NCBI GenBank assembly: GCA_016748015.1
Contig: JAAOMT010000779.1
Span: 248,001 to 312,000 of the forward strand
Length of the DNA stretch: 64,000 bases
Source of the DNA: Geosiphon pyriformis uo1
Lineage: Eukaryota; Fungi; Glomeromycota
Direction of reading: 5' to 3'
The stretch's first letter is position 1. Every line of letters starts with the position of its first letter. The translations under genes and the position numbers were made by a program. Below are positions 1 to 12,300 of the stretch, piece by piece. Under the pieces are notes generated by a model. It made no database searches. It was not told the origin of the DNA and saw only the letters and a list, made by a program, of their open reading frames with translations.

Positions 1-3000
1 ATCAGAAACAGCCTTTTTCAGAACAAAATTGGCAAAAAAATAGACATCAGAATGTGTCTTAGCCAAACTAGGCTTTGACAAACTCTCAGTTGATAAAAAG
101 ATATCTAAGTAGTGATAAGATTTGCTTTTTTTGGTGATAAAAATAGGTGAACCACTGATTGACAAATTAGAGCAATCAACTCTGCAATTAATAGGAATAA
201 CTACTGTCTTGTCATTATTGATAGAAATGTTATTGATTCAAAAAAATTCACTAGTCACATTAAAAATGTGTTGGGTTGTAGTTTGGCTGCTATCTATTCA
301 AATTGTATTATCAACAAAAGCACCAGCAGTAAGAAAAGATGTCAATCCAGCTTGAGATTTCAAGCAACCTATTCTGGCAACATAATAAAAGTTCAGCCTA
401 TATCCATATATACTTTCCTGTTTCTTGACCTTACACAAAAGGGGATCATAAAATATGCACCAAAAAAGTGACAAGAACACCTCTCCTTGGTCTAAACTGT
501 CATGCACTTGATATTTATCTGTCAACCCAAAATTTATCATAATCTTATTGACACAATTATTGTGAATGCCACCAAAAAATCTAATAAACTTGTCACATAT
601 TTTTATCCTAACCAAGCTTCTTCTAAGATGTTCTCACCCAATAGAGTCATAGGCCTTTTTTATGTCTTGTAAGACCAACCAAAGTTCACAATTCTTCTTC
701 AAAGCATTCTTAACAACCAAACCAACAGCAAAGATAAGAGATTGCATTGTCATATTCTTTAAAACTGAAAAATTGTCCCTATGCAAAACATCAAAAATAC
801 TACATGCCAACAAGATCCTGTTTGAGAGAATTTTAGAAAAAATTTTATGTGCTGTCTCAATTAAAGCAATTAACCAAGTGTTAGTAAGAACATCTTTCCA
901 CTTATAAGGCTTAGGGATCATTAAGATCCAAGCTTTTTTTCAAGCTTGGAATACTGATTCACAAGACAAACAAGAGTTCAAAATCACCAAAAGCATATCC
1001 AAAACTGTCTTGTCATAATGTTTTCAGAGTTTATTTGAGATCCCAGAAAGACCAGCAGTCTTACCATCAGACAAATTAGAAACCACACCAAACAGCTTAT
1101 CAAAGCCAACTGGATCCATTATATTCGAGAAAGTATCATCAAAAATGTACTCCAAAAGCTGATATTGACAAAACCACTCATCAGAAAAATTAGCTTCCAC
1201 TCCACACTTTCTAGTCCAGTTTTCTATTATCAAGTCTACCTCAGTCTTAACCAGTTTAAGTTTCAGAATCAGTTCATCCTTGACAACCAGATAGTCTAAA
1301 ACCACTCTTCAAAAAGAATGCTTCAGCACACTTCTGATTGTATGACCCTTATCAACTGCAAAATTTTCCATTTTTTTATTAATAACTGACCTAATTCTTG
1401 ACTCTTTAGCTCGTAAAGACTCAGCAAGCTTGAAGACATAATAAGATTTTCTTACATTGAAAAAAGCCGAACACACATGATCAAAACTTACACTAAAGTC
1501 TACAAGATCCTAAATAACTAAAGTTTTGTCACTGTTCAAAGAATTTTAGCATTTTATAAGAGAAACAAACCTGTCAAGACTCTTTTCATAAGAAGTCCTA
1601 ACAATTTTTGAAACTAAAAGCTCCAATTTATGAATCTTAGAAGAATTTCTGGTGAAAACATCATCATAGCTCTTGAACCATTTTTTTTGAATATTTTATT
1701 AGCCAAAAAAGTTATTATTTTGTGAACAATGTTTTATATTACACTCAGATCTGAAAACTTCATAAAGACTGTAAACTTGTCAGAAAACATTGCTATATTG
1801 GCAGCTGTAACTATTTTGAAATCATTTTACTTCATATCATCAGCACCCTTAAAATCAAATTTTTATCAGTCTCTATTAGCCTGCTTGCAAATAGAGTTTA
1901 ACTGCATATCTAAAAGCCCACTTAAACTCACAAACATAAAAACTGCTTGGTGATTAGTGTCAAAATGTTCACTGACATTTATAATATTGTAATCCACCAC
2001 TGCATTAACCAAATTTGAAAAGATAAACACATAATTAATAGTTTTTTCCACACCTTTTGAATTTTTCTATGTTGAGTCTTTTGCAATTGGACTTTCTAAC
2101 AAAGAATTGACCAGTCTCAAATCAAGACATTTCTTGAAACTCACACATCTGCAGGAACTATTCTTATTAAAATTCTCATTTAATATAATAAAAAAAAACT
2201 CATTTACAGTCTTAACTATCAAAAAAGTGATATTACCAGCCTGAGAAAAACAAACAGCCAAAGAAGCACCAGCATAAAGCCTCAGAATCAAAACAGAAAG
2301 TCTATTCTTAAAAAGCAACTTGACAAAAAAAAGCTGGCCAGACATCACAGCAACCTTACATATATGACAAGTCAAAAAAGCATTTATGATGATTGCTACC
2401 TCTGTACCAAGAAACTTTTGTTCAATCCAGATGAAAAAACTCTAACCTCACTAAACTTATTCTTAATCTATGGTCTACAGTTAGACCTCAACTTTGTTTT
2501 TGTGACTATCAAAACCAAATTTCCAGAATCTCTATGCCAATGGACAATGTTCTTCTGCTTGACAGAAACATTAATGCTACAAACATTATACATAGCAATT
2601 TTTCACACAAAATTACTCATTGAGAAGTAAGGGGAGCTGATGAACCCAAACCAAAGCACAAGTGATTCAACTTTTCCAAAACTGATTCAACTAACATTTT
2701 CAAACCCACCATTTTGGATTCCAACCCATCTATCTTAGTAATCAAAACCTTAGAACTACTCAAGCTAAAGTCAGCAACTGTATCTGCAATAACCAAAAAA
2801 GAGGAGACAGATAATGTTAATATGTTATTCAGGACCATATCCAAATCCAAATTAGAAACCAAAGATGCTTGGGCAACTGGAGAGAACACATGAGACATAT
2901 CTGTCAGGAGCATCATTTCTACAAAGCTCAGTTTTTTTATGATAATAAAAACCTGATCTGACAAAAGTTCTAAAGAGTGTTCTAAAAAAGCCAAATAATC

Positions 3001-4468
3001 AACCAAACAGGGATTATTAAAAGGATTGGAGATCATTGAAATGGGTTTTGCACCTGAAAACAAACCAGCACCAAAAAAATCTGATGAGATTATACAAGAA
3101 GAAGAGCCACCAGCAATCTGGGTCCAAGTTTTGCCACTGAAAAAAACTGAATAAGCAATAAGTGCCTGTTTCCTTTTATAAATGTTGGCCAAGTAAATAC
3201 AATCTTGAGAAGTTACCACCTGTTTACCATGACAACCAGAATTTCCACCTACTGTATAATCAACAGATATATGACCAAATTGTTTATATTAAGCACAACA
3301 GACCAAAAAAAACCCAGTCCAATGCAAATTTACACTCTTATAAATTAAAGTAGAACCAATAGCAGCCAATTTAGATGCTTCATTAGCAAAACACATTATC
3401 ACACATCTATCACACATATATAAACTGAAATTATGACCAATGTAACAAGTTTTCCCATTATATGATTCTAATAAATCAGAAAGATCATGAACTGTAGTTC
3501 CAATTGGAAGAGTATAAAGCAAAGCCCAATGTAAATCTCTTGATACCTATAATTGTTTATTTCCAATTGCCTTCATAACATAAACAGAATCTTTTTTCAT
3601 AAAAACAGACCACTTAGCTGTGACAAAATCAGCTATTTCAGATGATTCAAACTCCATTAAAGCTTTTTGCTATAGGCCAATTAGTTGTATCTTGATTAAT
3701 ACAACCTTTTTAAACTTAAAAAAACAGACTTTACAGCCAATTTAGAAAGATCAACTAAGATCTTCTTAACAATTACTTTCTGATTTGATTGGCTGTTTAT
3801 CTTTTTTAGATTATTATTAACAAGAATTTTCTTACAGATTGTTAATTTCTTTGTCTTATTCAGACTAGATTCAGATATAAAAAATAATCTAATAATACCA
3901 GAAAATTTTGAGAGAGTTGAAGCTCTTTCAAATCCATTAATACAATAAAAATTTTTTTTTACAGTCATTAATTTGTCAATAATAGTCTTTTTAAGTACTG
4001 CTGAAATTTCAATATCAAGTGCAAAAGATTTTGTCGAATTGAAGCTCTATTTTTCCGGAACATATGACTTAAGTGACAGCAACTAATTGGGCCTAATAAC
4101 TATATAGAAAGAAAGTTTCAGTGCATTATTGTCATTATTCATATGTTTAAATGCAGGTTGCTTTGGTGAGTTGCCTAGCATGTACATCTGCATACGAGTT
4201 TTTCTTGGTATTGCTTCATTCATATTATTATTATTACCAGATTCTGCATAACTGGTTTCTTTGGCAACTGTGTTTGCCATATTTTTGACATCCAAGAGAC
4301 TGCTTATACTGCTAAAAACACTGCCAACTTTGCTTTTCCAGGACACCACAGGCTTGACACTGACACCACCAATATCTTCTATGTTTAAAGGGCCAGTAAA
4401 CGAGTCAACCATATTATCAGTTATAAGTTTTTTTGGTTTCTTAAACAATAGACCATGAAAATACACAC
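1..4468 (-). mobile_element. LINE retrotransposon copy 1, decayed; ORF1 C-terminal part (to 2617) and ORF2 APE+RT (from 2620, runs off the window start)
   Basis: RT fragments QDIKKAYDSIG, DQGEVFLSLFWCIFYDPLL and AFVDNT; APE-like fragments at 1866-2620; collinear with copy 2 at 23523-30400; many stops. Confidence 0.93.
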
Positions 4469-5459
4469 TGTTACCAGAGGTTTTTGGTCTCTTTTCTTGA
4501 ATGTTATAACTGTCTGTTGGTTGCAAATTCACGTTTTTTAGAAGTAGTTGAACCTCCAATAACTGAATTTATCTTCAAATTATCTCCTATAATTTGAACT
4601 GCTGGGCTTATAAGTAGAATGGCCAATTTCTTGCCAGTTACTTTATGTAGTTACATTGTAGTAAACATCAACTCTTTCCTAAAAATTGCTTGTCTAGAAG
4701 CTCACTAAAAATGTGTAGTTACTTTGCTGTGAAAGTCAACTCTTTTACAGGAATCTCATCTGTAGACTACCTTAATGATTATAATAAGAAAATAAAAGAA
4801 AAGTAAAAGAAAAGTAAAAGAAATTGAATTCTGTCAAGGGAAACGTTTTCTATTCAGGCCTGGAATTACTAACAGTTTACTGAAATTGGTAGCTAATCAA
4901 TTTTAAAACATTAGTTGGGTTTTGGAAATTTTCCAAATGCAATAATTAAAAAATTTGGTTTTTCAAATTATTTGGTATTTATTTCTTTTTGTGTGTATAG
5001 GAATGGTTCTAAGTAATAAATTTAAAGTAAGATACATTTTCTTGAAGAGAAAAGCTCTTCTTTTATACAACTTGTTGTAATACTAGTCTATAAACTTGCA
5101 CTTTTTCTCTTTGCTCAAATTTCAGCGAACTAAAGATACATTTTGATGGACTACAAGTTATTTCGCTGAACTATTGATTAATTTGGGTGAACTATTCATA
5201 ATTTCGGCAAATTTCTATAAATTTCGGCGAATTTCTTATAAATTTCAGCAAATTTTTGAATGTTAAAAAGTTCAGGGTATTGTGTAATTTGATTATTCTA
5301 CTTTTTGTTATACTAATTAGATTATTTAATTGAATTGTGATATGTAATAATTGATTAAATAATAAATGATAATTTGAAATGATATTAATATACTAATTAG
5401 TTATAGGAATTATAAGAGTAATTTCATGCTAATTAATAGCTAAAATTCTACTGGTAACA
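4469..5459 (-). repeat. G1 3' LTR (991 bp)
   Basis: TGTTACCAG...CTGGTAACA 9-bp terminal inverted repeat; direct repeat of 13395-14405. Confidence 0.97.
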
Positions 5460-6165
5460 TAATTTTCTCCTCAAGACTGAGCTCCATCAAAGTCCAAGCA
5501 CTATCTGTGATATTGAGATAGTAATCCAAAATAATTGAAGTAATCTGGTCTGAAAATTGTTGAAATTTCAGTTCTGTAAGTTTGCCAATGTATTGAACTT
5601 TCATTGGTTGCAGTATTAGATTTTGTAGAATATTTTCACAAGTATTAAACAAATCATAGAGTCTAAAAGCTGCTCTAAGTTTGTAGTGAGTGTTTGTTGG
5701 TCCAGCTGCTGTTTTGAATTCATTATGAATATGTTTTTATATAGCTTCAGGAATAAGATTTGTTGTTTCAAGTTCCAGTTTTCGTTCATAAAGTGTCTTT
5801 CCAATGTAAAAGTATTTATAGATAGGGGTGTGTTCATTGTTCTGTTCATTGAGAATTAGTAGAAGTTTTTGTTGTATTGTAGCATTTGGTGGAATGTCAA
5901 TAGGGACAATTAAAAGATTTTCTTCCAGTGCTTGCTTCAAAAGTCTTGATAACCTATTTTCAGAGTGACTTCTTGTTTTTTTTTTATAGGGGTGATAGTT
6001 CTGTGAATGATTTGCTACTGGGGCTGTGGTTTTTTTCTGAATGTAATTAATTTGACTTCCATTAATCGTTATGAATAAGTCAGGAAGTGTTTTTAAGGCT
6101 AACATTAACTTTTGGGATATTGTTAAATATTTTGGGGAATAATCATGATAAAATTGACTAATTAT
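5440..6165 (-). pseudogene. G1 ORF3, extra ~240-codon ORF of unknown function between integrase and the 3' LTR
   Basis: ORFs 5737-6105 and 5440-5652 are in one frame separated by a single TAA; frame is open upstream to an ATA at 6165; homolog at 32895-33622. Confidence 0.8.
5461..5472 (-). promoter_or_regulatory. Polypurine tract of G1
   Basis: GAGGAGAAAA just upstream of the 3' LTR on the minus strand. Confidence 0.7.
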
Positions 6166-6341
6166 GAAAAGAGAGAATAAAAAAAATTATTTTTTGGATA
6201 TGGGGTTTTTATTTGTTTTTGGGTTTGGGTGTTTTTGTAATTATTTACTATTTTTGTCTTTGTATTTTTATTAGAAAATTATTGTAAAATTTAAGTGTTC
6301 AAGTTTTGTTGTTGTTCTATTATAATTATTGGTTCTAAATT

Positions 6342-9300
6342 TCAGGGAATATCTTCAGGATTAATTAAAAGGGAATGTGTACCAATTTGTGAAATTAATG
6401 TTTTAGGATTGTTTCTGGAATAATAGTGTTTCAATCTGTCTCTATGTACAACTTTTGCTAGTATTTTATTATCAAGTCTTAACTTGTATGATCCATTGCC
6501 TAGAATTTCGTGAATATAAAATAGTCTATTCCATTTATGTTTAAATTTTCCACTCCATTGTTTTTCAGCTTTAGTTCTGTGTAAGAAAACTTTATTTCCA
6601 ACTTTAAATTTGTTGGTTATAAGTGGTAATTTGTTGTTATGTCTTTCTTTTTGTTGAGCTTGAGACTGTTCAATATAAGTTGCTGCTATTCTTCTTTTTC
6701 CTTCCAGTGTACTAAAAAGAGTGTAGGCCCTTCTTTGGAGTGTTTCTTGAAAGTTTTCTTCATTGATTGGTTGTACTGGGTATGTTTCCACTGTGAAATT
6801 AATTGGTAATGTTGCTGTCCTTCCATAAGTAAGATCAAATAATGTGTGTTTTATAGTATCTTGTTTTAGCATTCTGTATGCTAGTAACACTGATGGAATA
6901 AAGATATCCCATTCCTGCTCAAAATCTGTTGAGACTTTGGCCAACGATTCACACAATGTTCTGTTGAAATGTTCTATAAGTCCATTTGTTTGAGGGTGAT
7001 AAGGCGATGATAGAAGTCTTTTAACATTGAATTGTTCACAAATTTTTTGTATCAAGTTGTTCACAAAATGTGTTCTTTGATCAGATAAGAGTTTAATTGG
7101 ACATTTATGTCTACAAATAATGTCTTTATAGATGAAATTTGCTACTAATTTTGCATCTGCTCTTTGAATGGCTCTAGCTTCAGGCCATTTGGTAAGATAA
7201 TCCACTACAACTGCAATATAATGATTTTCTTGGGTTGTGATAGGTAATGGTTTGACTAAATCAATTCCAACTCTGTCAAAAGGTTGTCCAACTTTGATTG
7301 GATTTAAAGATTTTGTGGAGCGAGTTCCTCTTCTTCTTTAACAACTATCACAAGATTCTATATATTGTCAAATGTTTTTTTGCATGTGAGGCCAAAAATA
7401 ATGTTCAAGGGTTCTTTGAATTGTTCTATCTCTTCCCAAGTGTGCTGAAAACGGATCTGTGTGCATGTTGTATAAAATTGTTTCTTTTTCATTCTCTTGT
7501 ACTAATCTGAATAATTGGTTTGGATTTCTGTGATTTTTATAATAGATTTTGTTCTGGTGTATGAAATATTGTTTTGATTGGTGTTGTAAACGATGTTTTT
7601 TACTTGAAAACCAGTTTTCTAGCATGATAAGGGTCTCCAAATAATTTTTAAGATTGCTGTAATTTCTGGGATTTATTCTTGTTTGGTTATTTTGTTGGTA
7701 AGTTGATAAGTTGTGGTGAAATTGTTGTTAGTATTAATCTTGTCTTATTCTTGAGAGGCTATCAACATTGGTATGTAGTTTTCCTGGTTTGTGGTGTACA
7801 ATATATTTGTAGTCTGCTAGGAAGTCATTTCATCAAGACTGTTTGGCATTTTGTTCAGTTTTCTTTTTATTGAGCCATTTGAGGCCAATGTTGTCAATTA
7901 TTATGTCAAATTCTTTTCCATTTTTCAGATATTGTTGAAAATGTTTAAGAACCCAAATAACTGCAGCAGTTTCTAATTCAGTTGAGCCGTATTTTAGTTC
8001 TGTTGGTTTGAGTGTTCTACTAGCATAAGCAATGACTTGTTCTTGCCCATTTTCATCTACTTGTGATAAGATGACACCAAATGCTATGTGTGAAGCATTA
8101 GTGGCTAGTTGAAATCATTTATTGAAGTCTGGATAAGCAAGAACTAGGGCTGTTGTTAGCTTTGTTTTAAGGGTTTCAAATGCTTTTTGTTGTTCTTCAG
8201 TCTATTTGTATGGCACATTTTTATTGGTGAGATAATTAAATGGTTTGGCAATTTCTGAGAATCTTTTGATAAATTTTCAATAATAGGAGGCTAATCTTAC
8301 AAATTCTCATAGCTCTGTGGTATTTTTGGAGGTTTGGAAGTTTTTGACAGCATTGATTGTTCCAGGGTTTGGTTTGACTCCATCTTTGCTAACAATGTGT
8401 CCAAGAAAAATTAAGCTTGTTTTTCCAAAGTGACATTTCTCAATATTCAACTTCAATCCTGCTTTCTGTAATCATTGAAAAACTTCTCGCAGGTGAATAA
8501 AATGGGCTTCAAAGCTTGGTGAATACACATCAGTGTTATCAAGGTAAACAACTACTGATTGCCATAAGAGTCCTTCATATACAACATCTATGAGTTGTTG
8601 GAATATTGCTGGTGCATTACAGAGTCCAAAAGGCATAACATTGAACTCATAGTTTCCTCCTTGGATGGTAAATGCTGTTTTGGATCGGTTTTTTGAGTCC
8701 ATTTTGACTTGCCAGTATCCACTTTCCAAGTCCAAAGTTGAGAAGAACTTGGCTTTCCTAAAGCATCTAACATGTCATCAATTCTTGGAAGAAGGTAGGC
8801 ATCTCCAATTGTCACACTGTTCAATTGGCAATAGTCAAAACAAAATCTGATTTTTCCATTTTTCTTTTTGACAAGGACTACTGGTGAGGCCCAAGGACTT
8901 CTTGATGATTGAATCAATCCATTATTAAACATTCTCTGAACTTCTTCTCTGATAAATTGGTGACTGGCAGATGGCACTTTGTAAGCTTGCTAACATTTTG
9001 GTAGAGCATCTTCTGTATGGATCTGATGTTAAACGATATCCATTTTTCCCAGGTCATTGTTGTCTTTTGCAAATATATCTGCAAATTCAGCTATCAATTG
9101 TTTCAATTGTCTTTGTTGTTGAGGTTCTAAGGGACCCATGTTAATATAAGAGAGTTTTTCTTCCAAAAGATGGTAGTTTTCAGTGGTGGAAATGATATTT
9201 GGATTTGGGAGTAGAGTATGCCTTATAATTTCGATAAAATTAGAGACAATTTGAGGGTTTTCATCTTGAAAAATATTGCTGTGTATGATTCTAATCTCTA

Positions 9301-12300
9301 ATTTGTTTAATAAGACAATAAAGTAATTATTGGGGTTGTAGAATGTAACTCAAAATTTTTTCATTCCTTTGGGAATATAAACGTTTGGAATTGAGATTTT
9401 ATGCTTCAAACAGATTTGTTCATTGGATTCAAAGATTTGTTGGGTAGTAGTGAGTTTTGAGCAAGTGTAAATTTCGTAATGTTCTTTAAAAAATGAAATG
9501 GTAATTGGTTGGGGAAGTTGAAGAATCTGGTAAGATTCATTTTGTATTTTAAGGGCTATGTTTACTGGAACTGTAAATCATCCAGTTAAACCAAAACCTT
9601 GAGTTCCTCTTTCACTTTTTCCCAATTGTTCTTTGTTGTTAACTGATTGTAGACTCGAAATATTGATTAAAGGTAGGTAAATTGCTTGAGCAATTTTTTT
9701 AGCATGTTCAATCTTGAATGATTTGTCTGTTTCATTTTGCAACATGATGGTAATGTCTCCAGTGTATTCTGCATCTATAACTTCTCCTCTAATATTGATT
9801 CCTTTGCTTGCCAATGATAATCTGGAGGCAATTTAAACCATTGCTCCAAGTGGAATTTCAAGAGCAATTTTGAGATTGATTTTTGTCAAAGACTTTGGTT
9901 GGAGAACCAAAGTATCTTTTCCTGGATATCTTAAGTCATATCCAGCATCAATTTCGTGTGCTTTTTCTGGTCTGATTTCTTGGCCATAGTTGTCAAAATA
10001 TTTAAGTTGTAGAGGTGGTTGTTTTTCAAGAAGATAGATGGAAGTTCTTCTACTAGTTCAGATACTTCAAATTCGATTTCATTTTCATCATTCTCATTTG
10101 GCAGAGGAATGCTAAGAGCATAATATTCTAAACATCATTGGTCATCACAAGGCATAACACATTCTTCACACAATTGAATGTTTATTTGCTCTAATCATTG
10201 AATTTGAGCTTCTTTGGTTGGATATGTGTGGCTTGCAATTTGGTAATAGGTTTCTATTTTATCTTCATAATCAAATCCAGCTAATTCTATGGTATACTCA
10301 ATGTATTCAGCTTCTTTTATTTGGCAGACATCTTCTTGGGTGGCTCCATTGATCAATGTCATTGCTAGGTCAAAAATTATTTCAACATCATGAAGGTAGT
10401 GGTAAAGTTTATTGAGAGCACTATTGTATGCTGCATCAAATAGTGTTCCTCTTTTAACTTTTTCCGAAATTAATAGAGCATATTGGCAGATCTGATCACA
10501 TACTCTTCCTCTCATTGCTACATCAATCCAATTGCATTCTTTTGGTAGCCTTTCTCCACAAGTAAGACAAAGAGTTTTGTCCCATTTTCTACTTCTCTTT
10601 GAAGATCCAAATCATTCTCTATGGCATGCCTTGCAGAAGTAACAAATGCGAGTTTCATATTTCTTTTCTGGAGAAATACAGGCTTCCATAGATGAAAACT
10701 TCTTTTTGCAATCTTTGCATTTTAGTAGAATATATGATGGTTCTTTTCATAGTTCTGATATAGAATATCTAACTTTTTTCCATCCTTTTGATTCTTCAAA
10801 AATCTCTTGTTCTGTTTCCTCAGCCCAATTGGATGGTAATCCAAGAGCCATATAGGTTTCAGTAAGTGGCATTTCTTTCTCTTCTTTAAATTCAAATACT
10901 GGAGCTTTTTCTAATTGTTTGTTAAAAGTACTACAGATTGCAGGTACTATAGTATATTGTTCTTGGTATGAGATTTTAAGTTTTTGAGTTTCCTAGTTCA
11001 GGTTTGCATTGGCCTTAAGAAGCCAATCATTTTTTATTAGAGCTTAGTATTGGGGTGTATTCATAACAAGAACTTTAACTGGAATGATAATTCCATCAAT
11101 TGTAAAGGGGAAATCATCAATTTCTCCTACTGGAGTCTTCTTCATACCATCAGCTGTGACAATAACTGTTTGAGCTGGTCTGTTTACGTTTTGTTTGAGT
11201 TGTTGCATCAGCTGGTAAGTAATGATACTTCCAGCCGATCCACTATCTAAGATTAAGCAAATGGGTTTTCCTTTCACTATAGCTTCTGTGTATATAGCAG
11301 TAATTGCTTTCTGTTTATTGACTGCTGCATTACTAAGCAGAAATGGTAATTTATTTGCTTCAAATTCAAATGGAAATATATCTAACAGATTGGCATTTTG
11401 GGCAATTTGAGCTAGTAGAATAGTGTGGTTAAAAGGGTTTGATCTTGGTGCTGCAATTTCATCTTCAGAAAGGGCAGTTTGTTGAAAATCCGATTTCTCT
11501 GGTATTGTAAGATAACTGGATTAAGTGTGATAGTGATTGGGTCTTTGCTGACCAGAATTTCGGGGAACCAACTGGTTATTTGGATTAATTCTGTTGTTGT
11601 TATTCTGAAATTGATTTTGGGGTGTGAATTGGTTATGTTAAACCAATCTTCTTGCTAGTACTTAATATTGTTGAATGGGTGGTGTCTGATATTGCTGAAT
11701 TGGTAAAGATTGCTAATATTGTTGTTGAATTGGTTGTGGAGCTGGTTGATAATAGCTGTTTTGAATTTGTGGTCTCAGTGAATAATAAGTTGGTGGTGGG
11801 AGTTGGTAATAAAATTGTTGTGGTGAAAAGTAACATTGATTACTCCTGTTTTGTTGGTCTCTTTGTAGTTTTCTGCAATCTTGTTTTCAGTGTCCTGGAA
11901 TTTCACAATAGTGACAATTTTGAGGTTGGTTGTTGGATGGTGATCCAAAATTGTTTTGGTTGCATCATTGTGGTGGTTGATATTTTTGTGGTTGTTGTTG
12001 CTGTTGTTGCTGGTTTGTAAAATAGCTTTCAACTTTCTTTGTGAGTTGGTCTATCTTTTCTTCAGCTGCTGAGCTGGTTTCTCCAATAGTCAAGTTAACA
12101 AGTTTGGTGTGATTTGCTTCTTCCATTGCCATTTTATAGCTCTTTGCATGTCTAATAGCAATTGCTAAGTCTGCTGGAGCATGTGGACAGACTTTCTTAA
12201 TCAGTTTGTCTTTTAACCCTGCTATAAACTGATCCAGAATTTGAGCATTGGAATAGTAGTCATTGGTTTCTAATTGTCAAATTTGTTTGAGAAGTTTGTT

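Noticed and set aside
4083-4559. 158-aa ORF starting in the LTR and reading into LINE ORF1
   Set aside because: Chance in-frame fusion with a non-ATG start and an early stop; no evidence of function.
5200-5260. CRISPR-like array
   Set aside because: Head-to-tail tandem units without unique spacers, inside eukaryotic LTRs.
5790-5830. GIY-YIG nuclease in ORF3 (YFYIGKT)
   Set aside because: No upstream GIY motif at the right spacing; the homolog reads YYYL.QNL in a helical context.
5440-6341. env gene or chromodomain after integrase
   Set aside because: No signal peptide, transmembrane segment or aromatic-cage chromodomain pattern.
10030-10060. Programmed frameshift before the dUTPase
   Set aside because: No slippery heptamer; looks like a small deletion in a dead copy.
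11652-12020. Hydrophobic V-rich plus-strand ORF, and other antisense ORFs over repeats and genes (e.g. 28443-28850, 62035-62448)
   Set aside because: Shadows of the real opposite-strand coding sequence.
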